Below are positions 50,576 to 63,056 of a DNA stretch of 64,000 nucleotides, piece by piece. The notes beneath the pieces were generated by a model. That model did no database searches, was not told the origin of the DNA, and worked only from the letters and a program-made list of their open reading frames with translations. This DNA comes from Vulcanimicrobiota bacterium. GTDB lineage: Bacteria; Vulcanimicrobiota; Vulcanimicrobiia; Vulcanimicrobiales; Vulcanimicrobiaceae. The stretch covers positions 1,088,001 through 1,152,000 of the forward strand of contig OY970223.1 of NCBI GenBank assembly GCA_963714015.1. Reading direction: 5' to 3'. Each line of letters starts with the position of its first letter. Position 1 is the stretch's first letter. The translations under genes were made by a program, and so were the position numbers.

Positions 50576-53292
50576 ACGGTCACCGGATTGGGTCTCTGCG
50601 GATCGATTCCGTACTTCCGGATCGCCGAGCCGACGATCTTTCGTTCCATCGTCCCTTCGTCCGCGAGTGCTTTCAGCGCGGCAACGGTCACGTAGTGACG
50701 ATCGACCTCGAAAAATTCACGGAGTCTGCGTCGCAGATCGCTGCGGCCGAAGCCGTCCGTCCCGAGCGCGACGTAAGGACGCTTGACGTACGGCCTTATC
50801 TGATCGGCAAGCGTGCGGATGTAATCGGTTGACGCCACTACCGGTCCTTGCCGGTCCTGAAGCGATTGTTCCACGTACGAGAGACGCGGCGTCTCTTCGG
50901 GATGGAGCAGATTCCAGCGTTCGGTCTCGATGCCGTCGCGGCGCAGTTCGTTGAAACTCGTCGCGCTCCAGACGTCGGCTGCTACGCCGAAGTCGCTTTG
51001 CAAAAGGTCGGCCGCCGCTTCGACCTCGCGCAGAATGGCGCCGCAGCCGAGCAACTGCACGCGCGGCGTCTTCTTTGCAGTCTTGCCCGCGTCTCGCAGG
51101 AGGTACATTCCCCGCAGAATGCCCTCTTCGGCTCCGGAAGGCATATCGGGATGCCGGTAGTTCTCATTCAGAAGCGTGATGTAGTAGTAGACGTCTTGCT
51201 GATCCGTCAGCATGCGCCGCAATCCATCTTGAACGATCACGGCCAGTTCGTAGCTGTAGGTCGGATCGTACGAGACGCAGTTGGGAATGAACGATGCGAA
51301 AACTTGACTGTGGCCGTCTTCGTGCTGCAGGCCCTCGCCGTTGAGTGTTGTGCGGCCGGAGGTACCGCCCAGTAAAAACCCTCGAGTCCGCGAGTCCGCC
51401 GCCGCCCAAGCCAGATCGCCGACGCGTTGAAAGCCGAACATCGAATAGAAGATGTAGAATGGAATCATTGGCACGTTGTGCGTGGAGTACGAGGTTCCGG
51501 CGGCAATCCACGACGAGATTGCTCCCGCTTCGTTGATCCCTTCCTGGAGAATCTGTCCCTGTTTGTCCTCGCGGTACCACATCAGCTGCTCGGCGTCTTG
51601 CGGATGATACAGCTGCCCCACGGATGAGTAGATGCCGAGCTGACGGAACAGTCCTTCCATACCGAAGGTGCGCGATTCGTCTGCGACGATGGGAACCAAA
51701 CGCGCCCCGATCGTCTGATCTTTCATTAGATGGGAGAAGATGCGCACGAACGCCATCGTCGTCGAGAGCTCGCGATCGCCGCTGTTCTTGAGCTGCGGCT
51801 CGAACACCGAGAGTTCGGGAACGGTGAGCGACGACGATTTCATGCGGCGCGTCGGTATGTGACCGCGTCGCGTGACGAGATCGCGCAGGTACTGCATCTC
51901 CGGGCTGTTGTCGTCGGGCTTTGCGAACGGCAGTTTCTCGACCTCGCCGTCGGGAATCGGCAGGTGAAAACGATCGCGGAAGGCCCGCATCGATTCAACT
52001 TTCATCTTCTTGGCTTGATGAGCGATGTTTTGAGCCTCTCCCGATTCACCCATGCCGTAGCCTTTGATGGTCTTGGCGAGAATGACCGTCGGCTGTCCTC
52101 TGTGCTCGAATGCGGCTTTGTAGGCGGCGTAGACTTTGCGCGGATCGTGACCGCCGCGCGAGAGCGCCCAAATATCGTCGTCGCTCATATGTGCGACCAG
52201 CTCGAGCGTCTCCGGGTAACGTCCGAAGAAGTTTTCGCGCACGAACCGGCCGTCGCGGGATTTGAACGTTTGGTAATCTCCGTCGACGCACTCGTTCATC
52301 AGCTGCACCAGTTTGCCGCTGTGATCGCGTTCGAGCAGCGGGTCCCAGCCGCTTCCCCAAATCACTTTGAGCACGTTCCAGCCGGCGCCCTTGAACACGG
52401 TCTCGAGTTCCTGGATGATCTTGCCGTTGCCCCGCACGGGTCCGTCGAGGCGCTGCAGGTTGCAATTGATCACCCAGATCAAGTTGTCGACTTTTTCCCG
52501 CCCGGCGAGCGAAATCGCGCCCAGTGATTCCGGCTCGTCCATTTCACCGTCGCCGAGGAATGCCCAAACTTTACGATCTTGCGCGTCGACCACGCCGCGA
52601 TCGTGCAGATAACGCATGAAGCGCGCTTGATAGATCGACATGATCGGCCCGAGGCCCATCGATACCGTTGGAAATTGCCAGAAGTCCGGCATCAGCCACG
52701 GATGCGGATATGAAGATATTCCTTTGCCGTCGACTTCGCGGCGGAAGTTTTCGAGCTGCTGTCCGGTTATGCGGCCTTCGATGAACGCCCGCGCGTAGAT
52801 GCCAGGCGACGAATGTCCTTGCATGAAGACCAAATCGCCGCCGAACTTCTCACTCTGCGCCCGAAAAAAATGATTATACCCCACGTCGTAGAGCGTCGCC
52901 GCGGAAGCAAAGCTCGCGACGTGTCCGCCGAGTTCCGACGATTCCTTGTTCGCGCGCGCCACCATCGCCATCGCATTCCAGCGAACGTAGTGACGAATTC
53001 GCGTTTCCAAATCGTCGTTGCCCGGAAAAGGCGGCTGCTCGGATGCGGTAATCGTATTGATGTACGGCGTTGAGAGCCCGAGGGAAACGTGGGCGCCGCC
53101 GCGCTGCGCGGCCTCGACGATCGAGCCGATGAGATCTTGGGCTCGAGTGCGGCCCTCGTGCTCGAGCACGCCTTGAATGGCTTCTATCCACTCGCGAGTT
53201 TCTTCAGGATCCGCCTGCGGCGCCGGCGGGGCCACCGGCGAGGCAGCATCGCTGCTGATCGTGGTCATGCGGGCGCCATTCGGCGGGTCCAT
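50572..53292 (-). CDS. aceE: Pyruvate dehydrogenase E1, homodimeric type
   Basis: DPEETREW, SSYPHPWLMPDFWQFPTVSMGLGP, GDGEMDEPES, LGTDGFGRSD. Confidence 0.97.
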   Translation of the reverse strand: MDPPNGARMTTISSDAASPVAPPAPQADPEETREWIEAIQGVLEHEGRTRAQDLIGSIVEAAQRGGAHVSLGLSTPYINTITASEQPPFPGNDDLETRIRHYVRWNAMAMVARANKESSELGGHVASFASAATLYDVGYNHFFRAQSEKFGGDLVFMQGHSSPGIYARAFIEGRITGQQLENFRREVDGKGISSYPHPWLMPDFWQFPTVSMGLGPIMSIYQARFMRYLHDRGVVDAQDRKVWAFLGDGEMDEPESLGAISLAGREKVDNLIWVINCNLQRLDGPVRGNGKIIQELETVFKGAGWNVLKVIWGSGWDPLLERDHSGKLVQLMNECVDGDYQTFKSRDGRFVRENFFGRYPETLELVAHMSDDDIWALSRGGHDPRKVYAAYKAAFEHRGQPTVILAKTIKGYGMGESGEAQNIAHQAKKMKVESMRAFRDRFHLPIPDGEVEKLPFAKPDDNSPEMQYLRDLVTRRGHIPTRRMKSSSLTVPELSVFEPQLKNSGDRELSTTMAFVRIFSHLMKDQTIGARLVPIVADESRTFGMEGLFRQLGIYSSVGQLYHPQDAEQLMWYREDKQGQILQEGINEAGAISSWIAAGTSYSTHNVPMIPFYIFYSMFGFQRVGDLAWAAADSRTRGFLLGGTSGRTTLNGEGLQHEDGHSQVFASFIPNCVSYDPTYSYELAVIVQDGLRRMLTDQQDVYYYITLLNENYRHPDMPSGAEEGILRGMYLLRDAGKTAKKTPRVQLLGCGAILREVEAAADLLQSDFGVAADVWSATSFNELRRDGIETERWNLLHPEETPRLSYVEQSLQDRQGPVVASTDYIRTLADQIRPYVKRPYVALGTDGFGRSDLRRRLREFFEVDRHYVTVAALKALADEGTMERKIVGSAIRKYGIDPQRPNPVTV

Positions 53293-53305
53293 CCATTCCC
53301 TTCCT

Positions 53306-53322
53306 AATGGACCGGTCCAATT
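53306..53322. promoter_or_regulatory. Palindromic operator candidate upstream of aceE
   Basis: Perfect palindrome TGGACCGGTCCA (53308-53319) with AT-rich flanks. Confidence 0.55.
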
Positions 53323-53404
53323 CCTGAACTGGAGCGGGCCGAAATTTGGTACGTTGCCTTACGGTGCCCTTTAAAATTCAACCCGGCCGGACGATTGCAG
53401 AGGT

Positions 53405-54259
53405 ATGGCCGTTTCAATCGTCACCGACTCCACGTGCGATCTGAGCCCCGCGCAGGCAACTGCCCTGGGTATCGATCTGGTGCCCATTCTCGTTAAGTTC
53501 GCGAACGAGGAGTATCGTGACGGCGTCGATATTACGCTCGATGATTTCTACAAGCGGCTCGATCCGGACGGCGAGCTGCCCGTTACGGCGCCGCCCACAC
53601 CCGACGCCTTCGCGCAAATCTTTCGAAAACACGTGCAGGCCGGCAGAGAAGTCGTCTGTCCGACGGTCTCTTCCAAAATGTCGAAAATTTTCGAACTCGC
53701 GAGCGCGGCTGCAAAAGAATTCAACGGTAAGGTCCGGGTGATCGACACCAAGACGTTCTCGGGCGGGGTCGGGCTCATTTCGTCGGGAGCTGCGCGCCTT
53801 GCGCGCGCCGGAATGGATGCGCAGACGATTGCAGCGGCGATCGCCGGCTGGATCGAAACACAACGGGGTTTTGCGATCTATCCGGACTTGAAATTCATGG
53901 CCAAGAGTGGGCGCATCAACAAGGCGCAACTCGTCCTCGGGACCGTGATGCGCCTGTTTCCGGTAACGCGCGTAGCTTCCGACGGATCGCTCGAAGGAGA
54001 AACGACCGTGAAGTCGTGGGATCAAGCCAAAGAGATGCTGGCGAGCATCGCTTCGCGCAAGCTCGAGCGTCCCGCCCGTTCTCGCGTGTTCATAACCCAT
54101 ACCAACTCACCGGATCAGGCGAAATTCGTCGCAGAAGAGTTGCAAAAGAAAATCACCGTCACTCCGAAAGAACTAAGCATCTACGCGGCCGGCCCGACCA
54201 TCGGCGCGAACGTGGGGCCGGGTTCTCTCGGAGTCTTCATGCTCGAGGAAGCATCCTAA
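53405..54259 (+). CDS. DegV family fatty-acid-binding protein
   Basis: IVTDSTCDL, YRDGVDI, SSKMS, KSGRI, NVGPG. Confidence 0.9.
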   Translation: MAVSIVTDSTCDLSPAQATALGIDLVPILVKFANEEYRDGVDITLDDFYKRLDPDGELPVTAPPTPDAFAQIFRKHVQAGREVVCPTVSSKMSKIFELASAAAKEFNGKVRVIDTKTFSGGVGLISSGAARLARAGMDAQTIAAAIAGWIETQRGFAIYPDLKFMAKSGRINKAQLVLGTVMRLFPVTRVASDGSLEGETTVKSWDQAKEMLASIASRKLERPARSRVFITHTNSPDQAKFVAEELQKKITVTPKELSIYAAGPTIGANVGPGSLGVFMLEEAS

Positions 54260-54289
54260 GCACGCTGTCAGAAAGGCCGCCGAGCACTT

Positions 54290-55249
54290 CTAAGGCTCTT
54301 CTCGCAAAAATATCGCAATCGCAGCCAACACCAATATTGCTCCGGCGATTGCAGAGGCGCTCAAGCGCTCGCCGAATATTGCAAGTGCCAGCAGAGCCGC
54401 CACGATCGGTTCGACGAGCGTGCTGAAAGCCACGGCGCTTGCCGAGAACCAGCGCAGCGCTGCATTCATCGCGGTATGACCCAGTAACTGCGAGATCAGC
54501 GCCATCGCAAGAATTCCGCCCCACGCGGAAGCGTTCGTGAGCGGGGGCGGAGTTTGTCCGGCTGCCGCGCAGCCTGCAATAAGGATGATCGCCGACCAAC
54601 CGTAAGTGCGCGTGACGATCTCGCGCGTGCCATACGCCCCGCGCACCTCGCGTATCAATAGGAAATAGGCGCCGATGGCAATGGCGCCGGTTACGGCGAG
54701 TGTATCGCCAAGAAGGCGGTGGCCGGGCAGAGGCGGCACAACCGCGTTTGACCCGGTAATCAAGTAGACCCCAAGCCCGCCGCCCGCGATCGCCGCCCAA
54801 GACCAGATCGAAAGCGCGCGCCGCTGAGCGATCGACTCGAATAGTGCCGTCCATACCGGCGTCGTTGCCACGAGCAGTGTGGAGATCGCCACGCTGATGT
54901 ATTGAAGCGACCAAATCCACGTTGCGAAATGGATTGCAAGCGCAGCACCCGCAAGCAGAAATATGGGGCTGCGCGCAGTTTTGGCGGTCGAATGAACGTT
55001 CGCAGAGCGTCCGGCGAGCGCAATAACCCACAGTACCGCTGCTGCAATCGTCAACCGCAGTGCCGCTACTGCCAGCGGTCCCGCGCCGGTTAACGCAAGC
55101 CGCGCAAAAATTGCGGCGGCGCCGACAGCGACCTGAGCGCCGCCCAGAATGCCGTACCGAAGGGCTTTTCGAGCGGGCATTGCGCCTCTCTTCGCAGCGG
55201 TAAGCGACCGACCTGGCGCATCGTCTTGACGCAAATCCAAGGGGGACAT
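54290..55249 (-). CDS. DMT/EamA family transporter
   Basis: About 10 TM helices, AIHFATW, QLLGH, EPIVA. Confidence 0.85.
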   Translation of the reverse strand: MSPLDLRQDDAPGRSLTAAKRGAMPARKALRYGILGGAQVAVGAAAIFARLALTGAGPLAVAALRLTIAAAVLWVIALAGRSANVHSTAKTARSPIFLLAGAALAIHFATWIWSLQYISVAISTLLVATTPVWTALFESIAQRRALSIWSWAAIAGGGLGVYLITGSNAVVPPLPGHRLLGDTLAVTGAIAIGAYFLLIREVRGAYGTREIVTRTYGWSAIILIAGCAAAGQTPPPLTNASAWGGILAMALISQLLGHTAMNAALRWFSASAVAFSTLVEPIVAALLALAIFGERLSASAIAGAILVLAAIAIFLREEP

Positions 55250-55276
55250 GCCGTGCTGATGCGGTAGTCTCTATGC

Positions 55277-55365
55277 ATACGCGGGAGCTCGCAAGGGCTG
55301 AGAGGGCCATATTCAGGCCGACCGCACGTAACCTGATCCCGGTAATGCGGGCGTAGGAAGGAGTA
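55277..55365 (+). ncRNA. TPP riboswitch (THI element)
   Basis: GCGGGAGC...GCTGAGAG...GACCGC..AACCTGATCCCGGTAATGCGGGCGTAGGAAG directly upstream of thiC; overlaps SD AAGGAG. Confidence 0.93.
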
Positions 55366-55366
55366 G

Positions 55367-57067
<1,701 letters not shown>

Positions 57068-57108
57068 GCGTGTGACCGGCAGGCCGAAGCCGGGTAGAAG
57101 CTTACTCG

Positions 57109-58410
57109 ATGAGCGTTGAAACGGCCGCACGCGGGGCGGTCCGCGAGCAAGACCGCGACCGCTCGCTGATCGGGCGGCTGAAGTGCCTGGGGCCGGGGCT
57201 GATCACGGGCGCCGCCGACGACGATCCTTCAGGTATCTCGACGTACTCCGTGGCCGGTGCTTCTACCGGCCTTTCGATGCTATGGCTCTCCCTCCTCACC
57301 ACGCCGATGATGGCTGTAATTCAAGGGATGTGCGCGCGCATCGGAATGGTAACCGGCGAAGGCCTGTCGGCAAATATTCGCAAGTCGGTGCCGGCGTGGA
57401 TCGCGTATCCCGTAGCGGCTGCCGTGATCGCTGCCAACACCTTCAACATCGGCGCGGACTTCGCCGGGATGTCGGCTTCGGCGAATATGGTGCTTCCTTG
57501 GGTCCCGACAAGCGTATGGGTGCTCGTCTTCGGTGTGACGCTCTTCGCCGGTATGATGTATCTCTCGTATCGGCGCCTGGCCGACACCATCAAATGGCTC
57601 ACGACTTGCCTTTTCGCGTACGTTGTCGCGGCTTTCATCGTGCGCCCGAACTGGGGCGCAGTGTTCCATCATCTGTTTGTTCCGGAGGTTCGCTTTAACC
57701 GGCAATGGCTAACGACGATGATGGGTGTGCTCGGCACGACGATTACGCCGTACCTCTTCTTCTGGCAGTCGTCCCTCGAAGTCGAAGAGGAAAAGTGCAT
57801 GGGACGCGTCACGGTGGCTCAGCGACGCGGCGCGCGTCCCGACGAGATCCGCGATGCGCACTTTGACGTGAACGCCGGAATGATTTACTCCAACGCCGTG
57901 ATGTTTTTTATCATCGCGACGACTGCCCTTACGCTTTTCGCACACGGAAAGACGAATATTCAAACTGCGCAAGACGCGGCGCGAGCGCTCGAGCCCCTGG
58001 CCGGACATTTTGCGGCGCTGCTTTTCACGCTTGGGATGGTCGGAACGGGATTGCTTGCGATTCCCGCGCTGGCAGGATCTTCCGCGTACGTCGCCGCTGA
58101 AACGTTCGGCTTTCGTTCCGGCGGATTGGACGAGAAACCCAGCCGCGCTCCTCGCTTCTACGCCGTGACCGGCGCCGGGTTGCTCATCGGGGTGCTGATG
58201 TGCCTTGCGCACATCGATCCCATTCGCGCGTTGTATTGGTCTGCGGTACTGAACGGAGTCGTCGCCGTTCCGCTGATTTTTCTGCTCGTGCGAATCGCCG
58301 GAGATACGGGCGTCATGGGCGAATGGGTCAGCTCCACATCCGCAAAGGTTTGGGGTTGGTTTACGTTCGTCCTGATGGGCCTTGCAGCCATTTCGATGTT
58401 CGCGATCTAA
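57109..58410 (+). CDS. NRAMP-related divalent metal transporter
   Basis: GPGLITGAADDDPSGI, LGTTITPYLFFWQ. Confidence 0.88.
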   Translation: MSVETAARGAVREQDRDRSLIGRLKCLGPGLITGAADDDPSGISTYSVAGASTGLSMLWLSLLTTPMMAVIQGMCARIGMVTGEGLSANIRKSVPAWIAYPVAAAVIAANTFNIGADFAGMSASANMVLPWVPTSVWVLVFGVTLFAGMMYLSYRRLADTIKWLTTCLFAYVVAAFIVRPNWGAVFHHLFVPEVRFNRQWLTTMMGVLGTTITPYLFFWQSSLEVEEEKCMGRVTVAQRRGARPDEIRDAHFDVNAGMIYSNAVMFFIIATTALTLFAHGKTNIQTAQDAARALEPLAGHFAALLFTLGMVGTGLLAIPALAGSSAYVAAETFGFRSGGLDEKPSRAPRFYAVTGAGLLIGVLMCLAHIDPIRALYWSAVLNGVVAVPLIFLLVRIAGDTGVMGEWVSSTSAKVWGWFTFVLMGLAAISMFAI

Positions 58411-58461
58411 CGGTCATCTGGTTGCGCGCGGCCTGCCACTCGTGTATTCAGAATACCTTAT

Positions 58462-58953
58462 ATGAAAGTATGCGGCGTCATCTTCGACAGGGACGGCACG
58501 ATCGTGTTCGACGTTCCTTATAACGGCGATCCGGATGCGGTTCGACCGGTGCCCGGCATGCGCGATGCGTTGGACCGTTTGCGCGGGGCGGGCATTCCCG
58601 TTGCGGTCGTTTCCAATCAGAGCGGCGTAGCGCGTGGAATGATTACGACCGATCAGGTCGAGGCGGTAAACCGGAGAATCGACGCGCTCATGGGCCCGTT
58701 TTCGGCCTGGCTGTACTGTCCGCACGGTCCGGACGACGCTTGCGATTGCCGCAAGCCGAAACCGAAGATGATCTTAGACGCCGCTCAAGGCATGGGCGCA
58801 GACGTGACGTGCTGTGTCGTGATCGGTGACAAAGCCAGCGACGTCGAAGCCGCGCGCAGTGCCGGTGCGAGGAGTATTCTGGTCAGCGGTCCGCTCGAAG
58901 CCGTAGCGGCTATCGAGACGCTGCTGTCCAATATGTCAGATCGGGCGAAATAG
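58462..58953 (+). CDS. HAD-IIIA phosphatase (GmhB/HisB-like)
   Basis: FDRDGT, SNQSG, CPH...CDCRKP, IGD. Confidence 0.88.
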   Translation: MKVCGVIFDRDGTIVFDVPYNGDPDAVRPVPGMRDALDRLRGAGIPVAVVSNQSGVARGMITTDQVEAVNRRIDALMGPFSAWLYCPHGPDDACDCRKPKPKMILDAAQGMGADVTCCVVIGDKASDVEAARSAGARSILVSGPLEAVAAIETLLSNMSDRAK

Positions 58954-59569
58954 AACCAGCCGCTATCGCGCTCGTGCGTACGGCGGGGCGCAGTTTGGGA
59001 ATGTGCACGACCGACCTGATCAGGTGCCATGCGCTCATCACTTTGACGACGTAGTTTTGCGTCTCGGCGTACGGAGGAATGCCGCCGAACTGGGCGACCG
59101 CCTTGGGTCCGGCGTTGTACGCCGCAAACGTAAGAGCGTAGCGGTTGGGCTTGCTCCGATAGCGCGTCAGCAATCCATAAAGGTAACGCGCCGCGCCTTG
59201 AAGATTTTGATACGGATCGGCCGGATCGACGTGAAGATTCGCCGCCGTGCCGGGCATCAGCTGTCCAAGACCGATTGCACCGGCCCAGGAACGCGCGTGC
59301 GTATGCCAAGCGGACTCGACCGATACCAGTGCGACGAGCATGTTGGCATCGATTTTCCAGCGGTCGGCGTTGATCAGAAGATGCTTGGCGAGATCCTGGC
59401 TTTGCCAAACCGGCATCTGCGGATTAATCTTGCGCAGAACTCGGCCGTACGCGCGCACCGCCCCCGGATTACCCGGTGTGACGGCAGGAGCGGCCGAAGC
59501 GGGAAGGGCTGCGGACATGCAAAGCATGATTCCAAGTCCCGTAACGAACGGGGCAATGAAACGAGGCAT
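58910..59569 (-). CDS. Lytic transglycosylase (SLT domain)
   Basis: VESAW, GAIGLGQLMP, AAYNAGP, GIPPYAETQNYV. Confidence 0.9.
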   Translation of the reverse strand: MPRFIAPFVTGLGIMLCMSAALPASAAPAVTPGNPGAVRAYGRVLRKINPQMPVWQSQDLAKHLLINADRWKIDANMLVALVSVESAWHTHARSWAGAIGLGQLMPGTAANLHVDPADPYQNLQGAARYLYGLLTRYRSKPNRYALTFAAYNAGPKAVAQFGGIPPYAETQNYVVKVMSAWHLIRSVVHIPKLRPAVRTSAIAAGSISPDLTYWTAASR

Positions 59570-59648
59570 CGGCGGGGGATACGCTCCCTGGCGGGAGGGT
59601 CCTTGTGAGTAACGTCGCAAGGCGGCCCGGATGGGACGCTATTCCGGC

Positions 59649-59798
59649 ATGTCCCCTCGTGCGCGGCGCGCTTGGGGCTACGGGCTTATCGCATTCTTTA
59701 TAGTCATGTGCGGAATGATCGCCTTCTCGCAGTGGTGGGCGTACCACGTCAACGTGCCGGCGTACGAACGCGCCGAACAGAGTTCGCCGAAGCACTGA
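59649..59798 (+). CDS. Small membrane protein (49 aa)
   Basis: Manual translation MSPRARRAWGYGLIAFFIVMCGMIAFSQWWAYHVNVPAYERAEQSSPKH; below the ORF-track cutoff. Confidence 0.55.
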   Translation: MSPRARRAWGYGLIAFFIVMCGMIAFSQWWAYHVNVPAYERAEQSSPKH

Positions 59799-59851
59799 GG
59801 CGTCGGCGTGCCGCCATATTGGCAGCAGTCTATGCCCTCGAGCACTTTTGC

Positions 59852-59880
59852 TTGCGCCGGCGCATTTCGTTCCCTAGAAT
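59852..59880 (+). promoter_or_regulatory. Sigma70-type promoter, leaderless transcript
   Basis: TTGCGC-N17-TAGAAT-N7-ATG(59888). Confidence 0.7.
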
Positions 59881-59887
59881 AACGTGA

Positions 59888-62800
59888 ATGCGACGCTATT
59901 TTTTTGCTTTCGTTTTCGCACTCTTCGCTGCAGCCGGAGGATCGGCGTTCGCGCAATCGAGTCCGTCGCCGCAGCCAAGTCCTTCGCCGCGCGAGAATCC
60001 GCCCAAGCCCGCTAATCCGACGCCAACGCCGAGTCCCTCGCCTACGCCGGGGCCGCCGTGGTCCGGCATTCACTGGCGGGAGATCGGTCCGGCGCTGCCC
60101 GGCGGACGCGTCGCAGCCGTTGCGGGATCGGCGTCGGATTCTAAGCCTGTACTATTTGGGTTCGGCCGGCGGCGGCGTTTGGAAATCGCAAGACGGCGGT
60201 GAAACGTGGCAGCCGGTCTTCGAAAAAGAAGACGTTTCGGCCATCGGCGCGGTCGAGATCGATCCGCAGAAGAACGACACCGTTTGGGTTGGAACGGGTG
60301 AAAGCAATCCGCGCAACGACGTCAGCTACGGCGACGGCGTATACAAATCCACGGACGGCGGCAAGACCTGGAAAAACATGGGTCTTCGAGCCACGCGGCA
60401 CATCTCGCGTATCCTGATCGATCCGCATGATTCCAACCACGTTATCGTCGGTGCGCTCGGCGATGTTTTCGGTCCGAGCCAGGATCGCGGCGTGTACGTT
60501 ACGACCGACGGCGGCCAGACGTGGAAGAAGACGCTGTATCTGAGCGATCAAAGCGGCGCTTCGGACTTGGCGATGGATGTGCAGAATCCGAACGTGATTT
60601 ACGCGGGTATGTGGCACTTTTTGCGCCGTCCTTGGACGTTTACGAGCGGCGGTGAGGACGACGGTCTATTCAAGTCGACCGACGGCGGTCAAACTTGGAC
60701 GAAGCTTACGGGACATGGTTTGCCTTCGGGAATCGTCGGCAGAATCGGCCTCGCGGTAGCACCCAGCGACGGAAAGAGCGTCTACGCGCTCATCGAATCG
60801 AAAGAGGGCATTCTGTGGCGTTCGAAAGACGCCGGCGCGACGTGGACGATGGTCAGCAACGACACTCTCGTCGATCAGCGGCCTTTCTATTTCACGCACA
60901 TCGCCGTCGATCCGAAGAATCCCGAAAAGGTTTACGGCGTCTCCGAAATGCTCTCGGATTCAACGAACGGCGGCAAGAAGTTCACCGAGATCGCTCGTGA
61001 CGTTCACGTGGATTATCACGCGATTTGGATTGCGCCGAACGATCCGAACCGGATCATCGTGGGTGAGGACGGCGGCATCGCCCGTACAGTCGACGGCGGC
61101 GATAATTGGTTCTTTGGACGCAACATCCCGATCGGCGAAGTCTATCGCGTCGCGGTTTCAAACGAGAATCCGTATTGGGTTTGCGGAGGATGGCAGGACA
61201 ACAACGGATGGTGCGGACCGAACAATTCGCTTGACCCTTCGGGCTTGCTCAACAAATATTGGATCGCTTCGACGGGAGGCGACGGCGAATGGTCCGTTAT
61301 CGATCCAATCGATCCCAACTGGTTGTGGGCGGATTCGGAGAACGGCTCGATCAGCGTGTACAACAAAGTCACCAAAGACAGCATCGGCGGGATGCCGTAT
61401 TTGCAAACCGGCCTCGAGCAATATAATCTCTCGCTCTCCAAGTATCGCTACAATTGGGAGTCCCCGATCGCGTTCGCGCCGTGGGATGGACACATCGGTT
61501 GGCTCGGCGGGAACGTCATTTTTCAAACGACGGATCGCGGAATCCACTGGACGGTGATCAGCCCCGATCTGACGTTGAACGACAAAGCCCATCAGCAGCC
61601 TTCGGGCGGGCCGCTTGTGCACGACGTCTCCGGTGCGGAGTATTCCGATACCATCCTGGACATCGAGGGCTCGACGTTGCACAAAGGCGAGATCTGGGTC
61701 GGTACCGACGACGGTCTGGTTCAGCTCACTCGCGACGGCGGAAAACACTGGAAGAACGTTACGCCGCCGGGACTTGCGCCTTACGGACGTTTCGAAACGG
61801 TCGCTCCTTCTACGCTTCACGACGGCACCGCCTATGCGGCGCTCGACCGCCATTTCATGGGCGATTTCCGGCCGTATCTATTCGTTACGAACGATTTCGG
61901 TGCGCATTGGACGCCCCTCGTCAGCAATTTACCGCAGGACCAGTTCGCGCGAACGATTCGTCAGGACATTCGCAATCCGCAGATCGTCTATGCGGGAACC
62001 GAAAACGGCATGTGGGTGAGTTTCGACGGCGGCCGCAAATGGAACGACTTCCGCAACAACATTCCCGCGGTTTCAATCCACGACATTCGCTTTCAGCCGC
62101 AGTGGGACGATCTGGTCATCGCTACGCACGGCCGGGCGATTTACATTATGGACGACATTCGTCCGATTCAGAACCTTCCCGCCGCAATGGCTCAAGGTTA
62201 CGCGTTCTTCGGGCCGCGCACGGCATACCAATACAATATGCACTCCGACGATGAGGGCATTTACACGGACTATGCCGGAAAGAATCCGCCCAACGGCGCC
62301 CTGATCTACTTCTATCAGAAGAACGCTCCAAAAGCTGCGCCGGAAATTCAAATCTTGGACGCGCACCGCAGCCTGATCCGCACTATTTCGGGGACGCACA
62401 AAGTCAACGGCAAAGATCAGCCCTATATCCCGAACAAAGTCGGGATCAACTCGTTCGTATGGGATTTCAGCATCGATGGTCCCGTCAAGTGGTACGGCGC
62501 CGCCAAAGAACGCTATCAAGGTCCGGATCACGGCCCGACTGTGCCGCCCGGCACCTATTTCGCGCGTATGACTCTGGGCGGACGAACTTACACGGACCGC
62601 TTCGCCGTCAAGGCCGACCCGCGCACGAAGATCACGCAGGCGGAGCTCCTCCAATCATTCGACTTCTCCAAACTGTGGATGCACCGTTTCTCCGTCGTGG
62701 ATACGATGCTCAATAACCTTGACGCCGTCCGCAAGCAACTCCAGTCCGTCAAAGCGGCGAATCTTTCCGCTCAAGCAAAAGCCGATCTGGACCGGCGGGA

Positions 62801-63056
62801 TACTCTATTTCATGAATTGACCGCCGACTACCACAACGACGAAGATTCTATCCAGCGTCCCGGCGCTTTGAGGGAAGACATCCAAGGGTTGGGCTACCAG
62901 AGCGGAAGCATCTTGGCGCCTCCGGTGATTGCCTTCGCCAAACGGATAGAGGCGAACTATCGTAAGGCGATAGGCGATTACAATGCGTTTGCCGCCTCGG
63001 TAGCGCCGCTGGTGACGTCGCTGCACGAAAAGGCGCCGGCGCAGGTGAGCCCGTAG
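59888..63056 (+). CDS. Secreted BNR/Asp-box (VPS10-like) repeat glycosyl hydrolase, apparent +1 frameshift at about 60146
   Basis: Signal peptide and SP-rich linker in ORF 59888, WREIGP...GGR, then Asp-box repeats and IATHGR in ORF 59904. Confidence 0.88.
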
